From positions 1 through 64,000 of the IMG/VR virus record IMGVR_UViG_3300032087_005453: 64,000 nt of DNA; one strand, written 5' to 3'. The notes below the pieces were generated by a model. That model made no database searches and had not been told where the DNA came from. It saw nothing but the letters and a program-made list of their open reading frames with translations. The number at the start of each line of letters is the position of its first letter. Positions within the stretch are counted from its first letter, which is position 1. The stretch comes from a virus. The position numbers and the translations under genes were made by a program. Below are positions 15,876 to 25,639 of this stretch, one piece after another.

Positions 15876-17741
15876 TTATGCTTCCTGTTGTTCAAAATGG
15901 TTATTTATTTCTCCTACGGTTTTTGATATCTTAGACAAAAGAGATACCCCAAGAATATCGAATTTTACACATCCAATAGACTCAAGATCTCCCATCTCCA
16001 TACCAGCTATTTTCTCGTCACCTCTCGATGCTTTGACCATTGGACAAATTTTCTCAAGATTATGGGACGCAATTACCACCCCAGCGGCATGTTTCCCTTG
16101 TGTTTTAAAGATTCCCTCCATTCTCATAGCTTGCTCAAATACTTTAGCATATTCACCCTGTAGAGTTCCATCTTCGTCAATCCAGCAGTAGTCAATCAAG
16201 GCATTCTTGTCATTTTCTAATGCCCAGCGAATAACAGAAGGCTCATCCATTTCTTCAAGAAGGTCTGAGATAGACGCTTCGTTTGGAATCTTCTTGGTTA
16301 TTTCGTTCATCTGATCAAAAGAACATGATTCATTTACTCTGAGAACTTCCTTAAGGATAGACCGACCTGCCAGTCGACCAAACGTCAACATCTGACAAAC
16401 CTGAGAAGATCCATACTTTTCTCTGAGATAATCAATAACAGCGTCTCTATAGTCTGGTGGAAAGTCTACGTCAATATCAGGAAGCGACACATGATCCGCT
16501 GTATTTCTTCCTTCATTGTAGAATCTTTCGAATAGAAGTCCATACTTGATTGGATCAAGAAGAGTAATTCCAGTCAGGTAGCAAACCAAAGATCCACCAC
16601 CCGATCCACGGGCGGGACCGATCAGACAACCTTGATTCCTAAAGTGATTGACATAATCCTGTACGATAAGAAAATAGCCAGCAAGATCTGCTTTGCTGAT
16701 AACCTCAAGCTCACGCAAAACACGGTCTTTGTAGGCATCATAAAGCTTGGGATCAATGTTTGTCATGATCAACCTCTTCCACCCCTGTCGACAAAGTTCC
16801 TTTAGGTATTCATCTTCAGAGCTACCATCCGGAGTTTCAAAGGTAGGAAGTTTTGGTTTAGAAAGAATCTCCAAACCATCACACAAAGACACAACTCTGT
16901 TTAGATTCTCAATACATTGCTGTCCGTAGTTTTCCAGAAGAAAATACTTAGGCTTGATGTAATGATTGCTACTTCGGATAAACTTGAGAGACTCCAGATC
17001 TTGCTTCTCGTTGATCTTCTGATCCAGTTTTTTCATGGTGGTCTTCAGCTTTGTACAAACCAAAACCCTATGATCAACAGCATCTTTTCTTTCAGGATAA
17101 TAGGATGATGTGTCTGGCAAAGTAAACAACTCTTGAGGATCAATCTCATGAATGATATCGCACATCAGTTTGGTGACAGGAAATGAATCATTATCCACAT
17201 TGTTGATTTCAAGGAAATAATTCTCGCCAAAGTAATCCTCCATCTTTTTCACATGATCTTTAGCAACTTGCTCGTGATTGTCATCCAGACACTCAAAAAG
17301 ACCTTCATTGTCCAGTGATTCAAAAATACACTGACTATCCGGAAAAACACGAGAAAACAAGGCACTACCAACATAACCGTCTATGCAGATAAAGTTAGAA
17401 GGAGTGATTACCTCCATCAGCTTTTCCAGAGAAATCTTGGCACCCTTATCGTAGTTTTCTGGGTCATTAGATACAGATACCACAGTCAGAAGTTCCATCC
17501 AAGCGTCATTGTTCCTACACAACAGCGTCACTCTTGAGCCATTATCAAGAACAACTTCACAACCAATAATGGGCTTGATGTCTTGATTTTTACAGGCTTG
17601 AATAAAATTCACACAGCCGCTGACAGTGGAAAGATCTGTCAAAGAGGCATGATCATATCCAAGTTTTTTACAGGTTGAAACAATCTGCTTGGATCTAGAG
17701 GTTGATACCAAAAGAGAATAATGACTGTGATTTCTTAGCAT
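15876..17741 (-). CDS. dnaE: DNA polymerase III alpha, N-terminal part (PHP, palm, thumb)
   Basis: NHSHYSLL, IKPIIGCE, GPARGSGGGSLV, LLFERF, PDIDVDF, GKHAAGVVI, KFDILG. Confidence 0.93.
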   Translation of the reverse strand: MLRNHSHYSLLVSTSRSKQIVSTCKKLGYDHASLTDLSTVSGCVNFIQACKNQDIKPIIGCEVVLDNGSRVTLLCRNNDAWMELLTVVSVSNDPENYDKGAKISLEKLMEVITPSNFICIDGYVGSALFSRVFPDSQCIFESLDNEGLFECLDDNHEQVAKDHVKKMEDYFGENYFLEINNVDNDSFPVTKLMCDIIHEIDPQELFTLPDTSSYYPERKDAVDHRVLVCTKLKTTMKKLDQKINEKQDLESLKFIRSSNHYIKPKYFLLENYGQQCIENLNRVVSLCDGLEILSKPKLPTFETPDGSSEDEYLKELCRQGWKRLIMTNIDPKLYDAYKDRVLRELEVISKADLAGYFLIVQDYVNHFRNQGCLIGPARGSGGGSLVCYLTGITLLDPIKYGLLFERFYNEGRNTADHVSLPDIDVDFPPDYRDAVIDYLREKYGSSQVCQMLTFGRLAGRSILKEVLRVNESCSFDQMNEITKKIPNEASISDLLEEMDEPSVIRWALENDKNALIDYCWIDEDGTLQGEYAKVFEQAMRMEGIFKTQGKHAAGVVIASHNLEKICPMVKASRGDEKIAGMEMGDLESIGCVKFDILGVSLLSKISKTVGEINNHFEQQEA

Positions 17742-17755
17742 TGTTAAATTATCCT

Positions 17756-18739
17756 TTACTTATTGTCTTGATTGGTATAGCTACTTGTTTTTATGTCTTC
17801 TGGCTTAAAAGAAACTTCTTGATCCCAATTATACATTCTATTTCTTGCTATCGCATTCAAGTCTAAACATTCGTTGTTATATTCATCGTAGGCTATAAAC
17901 CCATAACAACCAAACTCATCCATTCTCCAGCATAAATCGGCAAGATCATTGATATATCCCCTCCTTCTGTCAGAAGACACGGCATTGCAAAAGAAAAAAG
18001 TGCAGCCCATATCCAACGAAATACACACCTTGTTGAAAAAATTTACCTCTCTGCCGAAGTCATCTATTGAGCTTTCTATGTCGTTAACGTAAGACATTAT
18101 TTCTGCCATTACATCTTCTGCATTGGGATAATACTCTCTTGAATAATTCTCGTAGCATTCTTCATCGCTATCACCCCAGTTGTATTTTGACCTTTCCCAT
18201 TCTTCTTTATAAAACCGCTGCTCTTCTTCGTCCAGCAAGGACCAACTCACTCGACCAAGTTGAGGCCATCCACGGGGTGACAAGACTTCCATCTCTAAAA
18301 AAGAAAAATCTGTATCGTATAACCCCTTTGAGCCATCCCAATCAACTTTTTGATTATTAGTGTAAACAAAATCAAAATCTATGGCAATTTTTTCATTTTC
18401 TCCACCCATAGAAACTCGATAAACTCTAGACGCATCAGTACTTGGTGCTATTCCGTCGTATTTTATATCCTCCTGTAGAACTTTATTCAAAGCGTCGGTG
18501 GGTAAAGATTCTATATAACTTACAAGTTCTGGCTTATTATCAAACCACTCCCCATGCGTTCTCAAGTCTTTGAACTTACTATGGAGTTCTGCTTCGATAT
18601 CTCCTTTATAGAGACCCACAATTTGTAACTCTTCTGGACTACCGGTCTGTAGTTCTCTAAGTCTTTTGTTTGGGTCTTGCTTGGTTTTACCTATCTTTAT
18701 ACTACCACCTCGGACACTCTGAACAAAATATGTGTACAT
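17756..18739 (-). CDS. T5orf172/MUG113 (GIY-YIG superfamily) domain protein with acidic C-terminal region
   Basis: YFVQ..IKIGKT..RLRELQTGSP..EAELHSKF..GEWF. Confidence 0.8.
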   Translation of the reverse strand: MYTYFVQSVRGGSIKIGKTKQDPNKRLRELQTGSPEELQIVGLYKGDIEAELHSKFKDLRTHGEWFDNKPELVSYIESLPTDALNKVLQEDIKYDGIAPSTDASRVYRVSMGGENEKIAIDFDFVYTNNQKVDWDGSKGLYDTDFSFLEMEVLSPRGWPQLGRVSWSLLDEEEQRFYKEEWERSKYNWGDSDEECYENYSREYYPNAEDVMAEIMSYVNDIESSIDDFGREVNFFNKVCISLDMGCTFFFCNAVSSDRRRGYINDLADLCWRMDEFGCYGFIAYDEYNNECLDLNAIARNRMYNWDQEVSFKPEDIKTSSYTNQDNK

Positions 18740-18752
18740 TTAATATTACTCC

Positions 18753-19766
18753 TTATTTCTTGCCATCTTCGTCAAGGCGACCACCGCCCGCTCCGTATGT
18801 ACCAATTTTGTTGACGTTTGCGTGATCGTCCACAACTTTTTCAATACCTTCTAATTGTATCAGATCATGGAAGTATTGGCAAGTTGTTTTTCCTGTATCT
18901 TCGTGCATCTCGGAAAACTTACATAATTTCTGACACTTCCAATGACCTTGATCTTTGGATAACTGTCGCGGTATTTCTATAGATCGGATTTCTTCAAACC
19001 TTTTCCTTAGCATATTTTCAGCTTTAATGTAATCTTCATCACTAAATACGATGTCAAACAGACCTCCATCATTGATATAGTAAATGCTGGTGTAAAAGTC
19101 TCGATCTGGGTACATGTTCTTCAGAGCGTAGAAATACAGAAGAAGCTGTTTGTCTGAGCAAAGATCTTCGTATGTCTTCTCTTTACCAGTTGCCCAGTTA
19201 AGTCTTTTGCCTGTTTTATAGTCCAAGACCTGAAAATAGTTTTCATCTTCTTTTACGATAAGGTCAATGGTGCCTTTGATTGAAAGATTTCCAGAGAATA
19301 CCTTACCGCCTGCTTCATAATAGTATTCAGCCCAAGGTTTGTCAATGGTAATATCAAAGAACAATTCTGTAGCGTAAACATCTTGGTTTCGGGGGTCAAG
19401 AGTTCCGTTATTATATGCTAATGCCTTGTATACCCAATTAATGCAAGTCTTTAGGTCTTTTGCATTTAGACCAACATCATCTTCGTGCTTTTTGTAGTAT
19501 TCAAAGCAAACTTCTGTAATGTATTCAATATCGTCACACTGAGAAAAGCTCAGATCCTCGATGTCATCATTGACCAAAAGAAGCTTGCCCTCCTGTTGAG
19601 CTATTCTTTTATCTGCTAAAATTTGCATAGCACGATGTACTACAGTACCAAGCACAGCCTTTTTATTAGTCTTATCCTTTTGACCAAGAACATACTGAAA
19701 AAAGTACTTCATCTGGCACATCTCAAAAGTACCCAATGAGCTACTACGATGATAGCAAATAATCAT
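18753..19766 (-). CDS. PD-(D/E)xK exonuclease (Cas4/AddB-like, probable Fe-S)
   Basis: GTVVH, GTIDL, LDYKTG, QLLLY; one N-terminal plus three C-terminal cysteines. Confidence 0.85.
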   Translation of the reverse strand: MIICYHRSSSLGTFEMCQMKYFFQYVLGQKDKTNKKAVLGTVVHRAMQILADKRIAQQEGKLLLVNDDIEDLSFSQCDDIEYITEVCFEYYKKHEDDVGLNAKDLKTCINWVYKALAYNNGTLDPRNQDVYATELFFDITIDKPWAEYYYEAGGKVFSGNLSIKGTIDLIVKEDENYFQVLDYKTGKRLNWATGKEKTYEDLCSDKQLLLYFYALKNMYPDRDFYTSIYYINDGGLFDIVFSDEDYIKAENMLRKRFEEIRSIEIPRQLSKDQGHWKCQKLCKFSEMHEDTGKTTCQYFHDLIQLEGIEKVVDDHANVNKIGTYGAGGGRLDEDGKK

Positions 19767-20854
19767 ATATTGTCCTTTATTTTATTACAAACTTTTAAGG
19801 CGGCAGCAATAGCTTGATCCATGTTGTAATACTTGTATGTTGCTAGCCTCCCAATAAAAATATACTTTGACACATCTATCATTTTTTTATATTGACTATA
19901 AACGAAAGTGTTTTGAGTGTCATTAACTGGATAATATTTTTCTTGACCTCTATTGTATTCTTGAGGATACTCTGTAGTTATTACCGTCTGAGAAGTATTT
20001 ATGTTTTTATAGAAGTGTTTGTGTTCTATTGTTCTAGTGTATTTAATTTCTTCGTCTGTATAATTTATTTGAGCTACAGGTTGTAACCATTCAGCTTGTT
20101 TGACTTCATGATCAAACCTTAATGATCTCCAGTCTAAATCACCATGAGCATAATTGAAGAATTCATCAATAGGTCCAGTATAAACTACAACTTTAGCCAT
20201 ACCGTCCCAATAATCTCTTTTATTTAAATAATCTACATCAAGTCTAATTTCTATTCCATCCAGCATATTTTCTATTAATGCGGAGTAACCTTCTTTTGGA
20301 ATTCCTGAATAGATACATTTATGATAATCATCATTTCTATTTTTTCTAATTGGAATTCTACTAATAATTAATGCAGGTAGATTTCTAGGCTCCTTGCCCC
20401 ATTGTTTTTTAGTGTAACCGTAAATAAACTTGCGATATATTTCTTCACCAAGATTTTCTATGGCATATTCTTCTAGATTTTCAAAGCCAGCCTTTGGTTC
20501 TGTATTTAGTTTTCTCAAAAGATCCTGATCGACATCACCCCACAACTCTTCTAGTGTATTGAGGTTGATTGGGAAAGAGTATAATGTTCCACCTTGAGAG
20601 CATTTGACCCTGTGTCTATAATCATTAAAGGGAGTGAAGTTGTTTACATAACCCCACAACATAGGAGAATTTGTATTAAAAATGTGAGGACCATACATAT
20701 GAGTATGTATTCCTGCTATTTTTTCTGTATATACATTTCCTCCCATAGTTTTACGGCGATCAATAACAAGGCATTTTTTACCAGAGTTTGTCATCTCTCT
20801 AGCAAAAGTCGCCCCGGACAATCCAGTTCCAACTATTAGAAAGTCATACTTCAT
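19763..20854 (-). CDS. glf: UDP-galactopyranose mutase
   Basis: GTGLSG FAD motif, HMYGPHIF, GYTKKQWG, YTRTIEHKHF, YYP, GRLATYKYYNMDQ. Confidence 0.93.
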   Translation of the reverse strand: MKYDFLIVGTGLSGATFAREMTNSGKKCLVIDRRKTMGGNVYTEKIAGIHTHMYGPHIFNTNSPMLWGYVNNFTPFNDYRHRVKCSQGGTLYSFPINLNTLEELWGDVDQDLLRKLNTEPKAGFENLEEYAIENLGEEIYRKFIYGYTKKQWGKEPRNLPALIISRIPIRKNRNDDYHKCIYSGIPKEGYSALIENMLDGIEIRLDVDYLNKRDYWDGMAKVVVYTGPIDEFFNYAHGDLDWRSLRFDHEVKQAEWLQPVAQINYTDEEIKYTRTIEHKHFYKNINTSQTVITTEYPQEYNRGQEKYYPVNDTQNTFVYSQYKKMIDVSKYIFIGRLATYKYYNMDQAIAAALKVCNKIKDNI

Positions 20855-21702
20855 TTGATTGATGCTGTGAATTTATTTATTTCTCTGAGCTTCTTGGTGA
20901 TACCAAGCTTGATCAGCGACTCGATGAATAGATCACATGATTCCTGAAGATTCATACTGTCATTTTCAATTACGTCGTCAAAACCTTCATAATTGTCAGC
21001 GTCAATTTCACTTTGGTGGTTACACTCATATAGTGATCTCTTTAGACGAATAACTTTTCCACCTCGTGCCTGAACGGCGTGAATCTCGTTCATGAATCGA
21101 CAGTCGCCAATGATGGCAATCTCTGGCTTATCTTCTTCAATTCTACGGAAGCAATTTTCCAACCAGATTGGCTCGTACATTTTACGCATAATGTCTGTGC
21201 CAAGATACTGCATAAATTCGCGTGCGGTCATTGGGCCTGCGGCGTGATACATTAATCCATCAGGTTCTCCATCTGAACATAGGATATCCCAGACCTCTGA
21301 ACATGTAATTACTCCCGGCATGTTTTCCCAACGTAAATGCTCCTGCACTTGGTTCTTTTGTTCGTCAGTACCATATACACATTCCGGTGGAATGTTGAAC
21401 AACATCACACACATCTCTTTTAGAGCATCCGCAAAGTTGTAAGCACGAATGAGTGGCCAGATGTTCTTCGTCGCATAGCGATAGAAATTATCATTCCTTT
21501 GTTGCAAATCTAGCACACCCATTTCCTCAAAGTCATTACCCTTCTCGTCTTGAAATGTACAGTTGACGACTAGGTTTCCTTCTGGAGATAGAAAAAACTT
21601 TTTTACCACATCATGACGTTGCATTTCATGACCGTGTAAATAATTAGAAAGACTGGTTTTTCCAGACTGCTTCTTACCAGACAATGCTACTATGATGGTC
21701 AT
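20851..21702 (-). CDS. Deoxynucleoside monophosphate kinase
   Basis: SGKKQSGKT P-loop, FADALK, REFMQYLGTDIMR, DCRFMNE, HQSE. Confidence 0.88.
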   Translation of the reverse strand: MTIIVALSGKKQSGKTSLSNYLHGHEMQRHDVVKKFFLSPEGNLVVNCTFQDEKGNDFEEMGVLDLQQRNDNFYRYATKNIWPLIRAYNFADALKEMCVMLFNIPPECVYGTDEQKNQVQEHLRWENMPGVITCSEVWDILCSDGEPDGLMYHAAGPMTAREFMQYLGTDIMRKMYEPIWLENCFRRIEEDKPEIAIIGDCRFMNEIHAVQARGGKVIRLKRSLYECNHQSEIDADNYEGFDDVIENDSMNLQESCDLFIESLIKLGITKKLREINKFTASIK

Positions 21703-21718
21703 ACTTAACTTTCCTAAA

Positions 21719-22771
21719 TTAAAGTTGTGGTTTTATAATATTATTAATTTCAGTTACGGTCATATCTCCAATATCATTGGTAGGAGTGTTGACTCTTTTT
21801 ACATTAAATAAATATTTGAATCTTTCTTCAATGTCGTTAGCACACTTTTGACCAGCCTCATCAGCGTCGGTCATTATCACCACTGTTGAAACTCCAGATT
21901 TCTGTATTAAGTATTCTTGAGAGTCGCTAATCTTAGAACCAAAAATACCAACAACATTATTGATGCCAGCTTCATAAAGCCGTATAACATCTCCTTGTCC
22001 TTCCACCAATATTATAGCATCTGTCTCGCCCGTGTATTTCAACGCTTTTCCATAATTGAACAGAAAGTTGGATTTATTGAACCCCTTCTGGTTGATCCAT
22101 TTTCTTACGTCTCCACAAACAGTTCTTCCAACACAGCCAATCATATATTCATCGTTTTCATCGTACACCGGAAAAACAACTCGATTATGCATTTGACTTC
22201 CGGGTCGAGTGCAAAGACCAACATCAAAATGATTCAACGCCTCTTCCGTAAAACCTCTTTTGATATAATAATTACAAGGAAATTCTAAATGGGATCTAAC
22301 CATCCGCCGTGTTATTCGGTTATCCTTAGATGATTTCTTCCTTGGATTTTTAATCAACTTGTCTATAGGATCTACTGTGGTTATCAGCACATCTCCAACA
22401 CTTACTTTAACATCAGCACAAAAAGTCTCAGCGAATTTCAGAACTTCTGGGAACTTGAAGTCCCTATTGTGTTTATCCTCAAGCAACATCCATAAAAGAG
22501 ATAGAATATCCTTGCCGGGTTTGTTAAGATGACACTGCTTAGTATTACAAAACCATCTTCCATAATGTTCGTCGTTATCCTCTTCTACATTAATGTTGAA
22601 TGCTGTATAGTTATCGCCGTGGTGTACCGGGCAGCATGTTGTTAGCCTTCCATCCGCCTCGTAATAATCAATATCAAAGTGGTCAAAAAGATCGTGAATC
22701 TTCTTCATCAGTTTCTTCTTCAGGAGAATAACCCTCTGTATTTTCGCCAAGTTCTTGGTTTCTACCGTCAT
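21719..22771 (-). CDS. dnaG: DNA primase (Zn-binding and TOPRIM domains)
   Basis: CPVHHGD..C..C Zn motif, LVEGQGD, DADEAG. The start may be at 22708. Confidence 0.88.
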   Translation of the reverse strand: MTVETKNLAKIQRVILLKKKLMKKIHDLFDHFDIDYYEADGRLTTCCPVHHGDNYTAFNINVEEDNDEHYGRWFCNTKQCHLNKPGKDILSLLWMLLEDKHNRDFKFPEVLKFAETFCADVKVSVGDVLITTVDPIDKLIKNPRKKSSKDNRITRRMVRSHLEFPCNYYIKRGFTEEALNHFDVGLCTRPGSQMHNRVVFPVYDENDEYMIGCVGRTVCGDVRKWINQKGFNKSNFLFNYGKALKYTGETDAIILVEGQGDVIRLYEAGINNVVGIFGSKISDSQEYLIQKSGVSTVVIMTDADEAGQKCANDIEERFKYLFNVKRVNTPTNDIGDMTVTEINNIIKPQL

Positions 22772-24173
22772 GTTTCTTAATCTCTCTAATAGTTCCTAAT
22801 TCCCTCAACCTAGCAAACTGACCATCCATTTGCAGACAGATATATCCTTCGTCTTCTATTCCAGGACCGTGTCTTGAAACGATTGGTATTAGTTTCTTAT
22901 TGCCATTTTGTATACCATCTTGTAGTTTCTCTTCATCTGTTTTATCCTTGAAGATTGTGAAACTGGTACACAGCCATACAAGTCTATCGGAACCACTAAC
23001 CACGTCTGTTGACTCTTTTGTGATACCATCTCTGTTAAGCTGAACAAAAGAAAGGCACGGGCAGTCATTTTCTACACAGAAATTATGTAGCTGAGTAATC
23101 TGGAATCCGAGAACTTGGAACTCTGCCATATTGTTTGAAATGGAGGAAGAAGACATTAACTTCAAATAGTCATAGATAATCACGCAGTCGTTAAGAACTC
23201 CATTTTCGTCATAACCAACTTTCTTGAGCAACCACCTTTTAGCGATAGAAAGAATCTCTTCAAATGGTCGTCCAGCAATGCTGATATAATCATATGGTAA
23301 TTCTTGTAGTTCTTCTATGGATCTTAGTAAAGCATCTTCTTTTTCTCCATCATCAAATGCCTCACCTTTTGCAATTTGATTGATTTCAATATCAGTAAGA
23401 TTAGCCAAGATTCTGTTCCAATGATCTTGCTTGCTCATTTCTGTATCCAAGACCAGCACTGGAATTTTGTGAGTAGTGGCAATGTTTAATGCTATATTGT
23501 CAGCAAGTACAGACTTACCAGTTTTAGGACGAGCGGAAATAAGATCTACACACTTTCTGCGTAATCCACCACCAATAGCTTTATCGTAAGCGGGAAAGCC
23601 TGTAGGAATACCAATAGACTTTCCTTTATTGTTTCGTAGATGTTCGATATAATCGTCCAGATCATCACCAATAGCTTGAGGAGTCATATCATCTTCTTTA
23701 ATATAATCCAAGCAAATCTTTTGAATTGGAGATTCTACGACGGATAGAATATGTGCAATGGATTCGTCTCCACTTACATCATTGAGATCTTTGTACATGT
23801 CCCGAAGCTGACCCTGAAGTTTACGACCAAACTCCAGTCTTTTTAGTTTTTTAGCATGTTCTGCCACATTATTAATATCAATCGGCGTACTCATAACACC
23901 TTTGATATGTTTCAGAACATTGTCGTTTTCCACATACTCATCTAAACCAATACTTTTAGCTGATGATAGAATTTCCGTATATCCAATACTGTCATTAGTA
24001 GATAGAGCATGATGCACACATTTATAAATGACCTTATTGTGATCAATTGTAAAGCTATTCTCGTCAACGTACAATTCTACCTCAAGCAAGCAATCACTAC
24101 CATGCTGCATCAAACCAGAAAGAACCGCACGCTCGGAGGCAACGTTTACAAGATTTGTTTCAATTTTAGACAT
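22683..24173 (-). CDS. dnaB: Replicative DNA helicase
   Basis: ASERAVL, ARPKTGKS Walker A, TEMS, YDYLKL, QLNR, RHGP. Confidence 0.92.
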   Translation of the reverse strand: MSKIETNLVNVASERAVLSGLMQHGSDCLLEVELYVDENSFTIDHNKVIYKCVHHALSTNDSIGYTEILSSAKSIGLDEYVENDNVLKHIKGVMSTPIDINNVAEHAKKLKRLEFGRKLQGQLRDMYKDLNDVSGDESIAHILSVVESPIQKICLDYIKEDDMTPQAIGDDLDDYIEHLRNNKGKSIGIPTGFPAYDKAIGGGLRRKCVDLISARPKTGKSVLADNIALNIATTHKIPVLVLDTEMSKQDHWNRILANLTDIEINQIAKGEAFDDGEKEDALLRSIEELQELPYDYISIAGRPFEEILSIAKRWLLKKVGYDENGVLNDCVIIYDYLKLMSSSSISNNMAEFQVLGFQITQLHNFCVENDCPCLSFVQLNRDGITKESTDVVSGSDRLVWLCTSFTIFKDKTDEEKLQDGIQNGNKKLIPIVSRHGPGIEDEGYICLQMDGQFARLRELGTIREIKKHDGRNQELGENTEGYSPEEETDEEDSRSF

Positions 24174-24174
24174 A

Positions 24175-24759
24175 CTATCCTCGCCGTGTCAAACATCCAT
24201 CACAAGTATAATTATCACGAGCAAACATAGGATTTACTTGAAAAGTATTACTACAAGATCCACACGTTACACTGGCTTGCTTATATTTTTTTCTTATATT
24301 TCTTTTTTTATCTGTTTGTATACTGTCATTAATTCGATCAAAACCATCATCTCTACCAGCTTGAGAAATAACATCTTCCATATCTTCAAATTTATTTTCA
24401 GACGACGCCCTATCACTAACTTTTCTGGATCTACTAGCACCACCCGTACTAAAGTCGCCTTCTTCTTTAGAGACTTGCTCTTCAACTTTCTTCTTCCTTG
24501 GTCGCCCTTTTTTCTTTTTAGGTTTTACAGCCTGTTTTTCATTTTCAAGACTGTCAAGCCTTGACATCATCTGCTTTAACAAGGCTGTTGTATCATCTTC
24601 TTCAACACGCTCTGGAATGTCGATGTGTTCACCGCACAGAATATAATACGCCTCAGAAACAAGGCACCATTCCGAATCAGTAATGGCTTCGTGCAGTAAA
24701 TCTGATACCTGCGTAATATGATCGATCATAACTTCTAAGCTTTTAACTGTGGATTTCAT
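24175..24759 (-). CDS. Hypothetical protein with C-terminal Zn ribbon and AT-hook-like KKGRPRK
   Basis: CGSC..CDGC and GRPRK motifs. Confidence 0.6.
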   Translation of the reverse strand: MKSTVKSLEVMIDHITQVSDLLHEAITDSEWCLVSEAYYILCGEHIDIPERVEEDDTTALLKQMMSRLDSLENEKQAVKPKKKKGRPRKKKVEEQVSKEEGDFSTGGASRSRKVSDRASSENKFEDMEDVISQAGRDDGFDRINDSIQTDKKRNIRKKYKQASVTCGSCSNTFQVNPMFARDNYTCDGCLTRRG

Positions 24760-25247
24760 CTGAAACTCTTTCCTTTTCCTAAGTCTTGAAATATATTCGC
24801 TCGCTTCTTTAGGTCTTTACATGTCTCTTCCAGCGATAGAATACCAGCATACAACCTTAGTCGGCATTTTTCAACAACTACCGCATAAGAATTATCACGA
24901 ATGATGTTCTTCTTTTTGATTTCCGCTGGCATGAACTTATCTTGTTGATCCCACTGCTTAGCACAAAGATAGTTTATTGCCTCTTCACACCAGTTGAACT
25001 GGCTTCTAATTAAATCTAACTTTCTTTGTAACGCACCAGCATAATTCATTATTTGTAGACTGTATGCAAAACATTCATCTGCATCAAGTCCAGCAATAGT
25101 CTCAGACGAAATACTGAGAATATACTCACATTCATCATCAACTTTAAAATTTGGTATATTATTTTCCTTACAGAAAGCCTCAACCCATTCTGTAAAGTTA
25201 CTTAGTCCAGCGACTGAGTCTGTGTCTTCAATATTAAGTTCTTCCAT
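24756..25247 (-). CDS. Hypothetical coiled-coil protein (possible recombination mediator)
   Basis: Helical ORF between recA and dnaB; function inferred from context only. Confidence 0.5.
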   Translation of the reverse strand: MEELNIEDTDSVAGLSNFTEWVEAFCKENNIPNFKVDDECEYILSISSETIAGLDADECFAYSLQIMNYAGALQRKLDLIRSQFNWCEEAINYLCAKQWDQQDKFMPAEIKKKNIIRDNSYAVVVEKCRLRLYAGILSLEETCKDLKKRANIFQDLGKGKSFR

Positions 25248-25639
25248 TCTTTTCTTTCATTGTAAGGTAAGATGGCGATTTTGATACCATTTAGTGTACA
25301 CCATTCTATTTTATCAGCATCTCTTTTTTTAGACTTTACGAAATCCATTTTGGTTTTATGGAAAAAAGAACAATAAGAATAATGTTGTTTACCGTGAACT
25401 TCTACGATCATCATAAGGTCTGGAATGAAAAAGTCAGCATATAAAAGAGAAGATCTTCCCAGTTTTTTACTTCCGGGAAGTGTGACCTCTTCATATAGGG
25501 AATATGTAGGATATAACTCCTGAAGTATAACCCTTACTTCTTTATGCAGAGATGACTTTTTGCTGTGATGTTTTCTTGATTTATTTTTGGAGAAGTTAAA
25601 TTTGTGCTCGTTGCCGTCAAATCCAACTACTCTAAACAT
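25202..25639 (-). CDS. Vsr/DUF559-like PD-(D/E)xK endonuclease
   Basis: YADFFIP..IVEVHGKQHY..RDADKIEWC. Confidence 0.75.
   Translation of the reverse strand: MFRVVGFDGNEHKFNFSKNKSRKHHSKKSSLHKEVRVILQELYPTYSLYEEVTLPGSKKLGRSSLLYADFFIPDLMMIVEVHGKQHYSYCSFFHKTKMDFVKSKKRDADKIEWCTLNGIKIAILPYNERKEWKNLILKTQTQSLD

Noticed and set aside
13656-17741. Split intein or pseudogenised dnaE
   Set aside because: No intein N- or C-terminal motifs are present, all catalytic motifs are intact and the three genes are translationally coupled.
18753-19766. CRISPR-Cas system
   Set aside because: Only a solo Cas4-like nuclease is present; I saw no repeat-spacer array or other cas genes.
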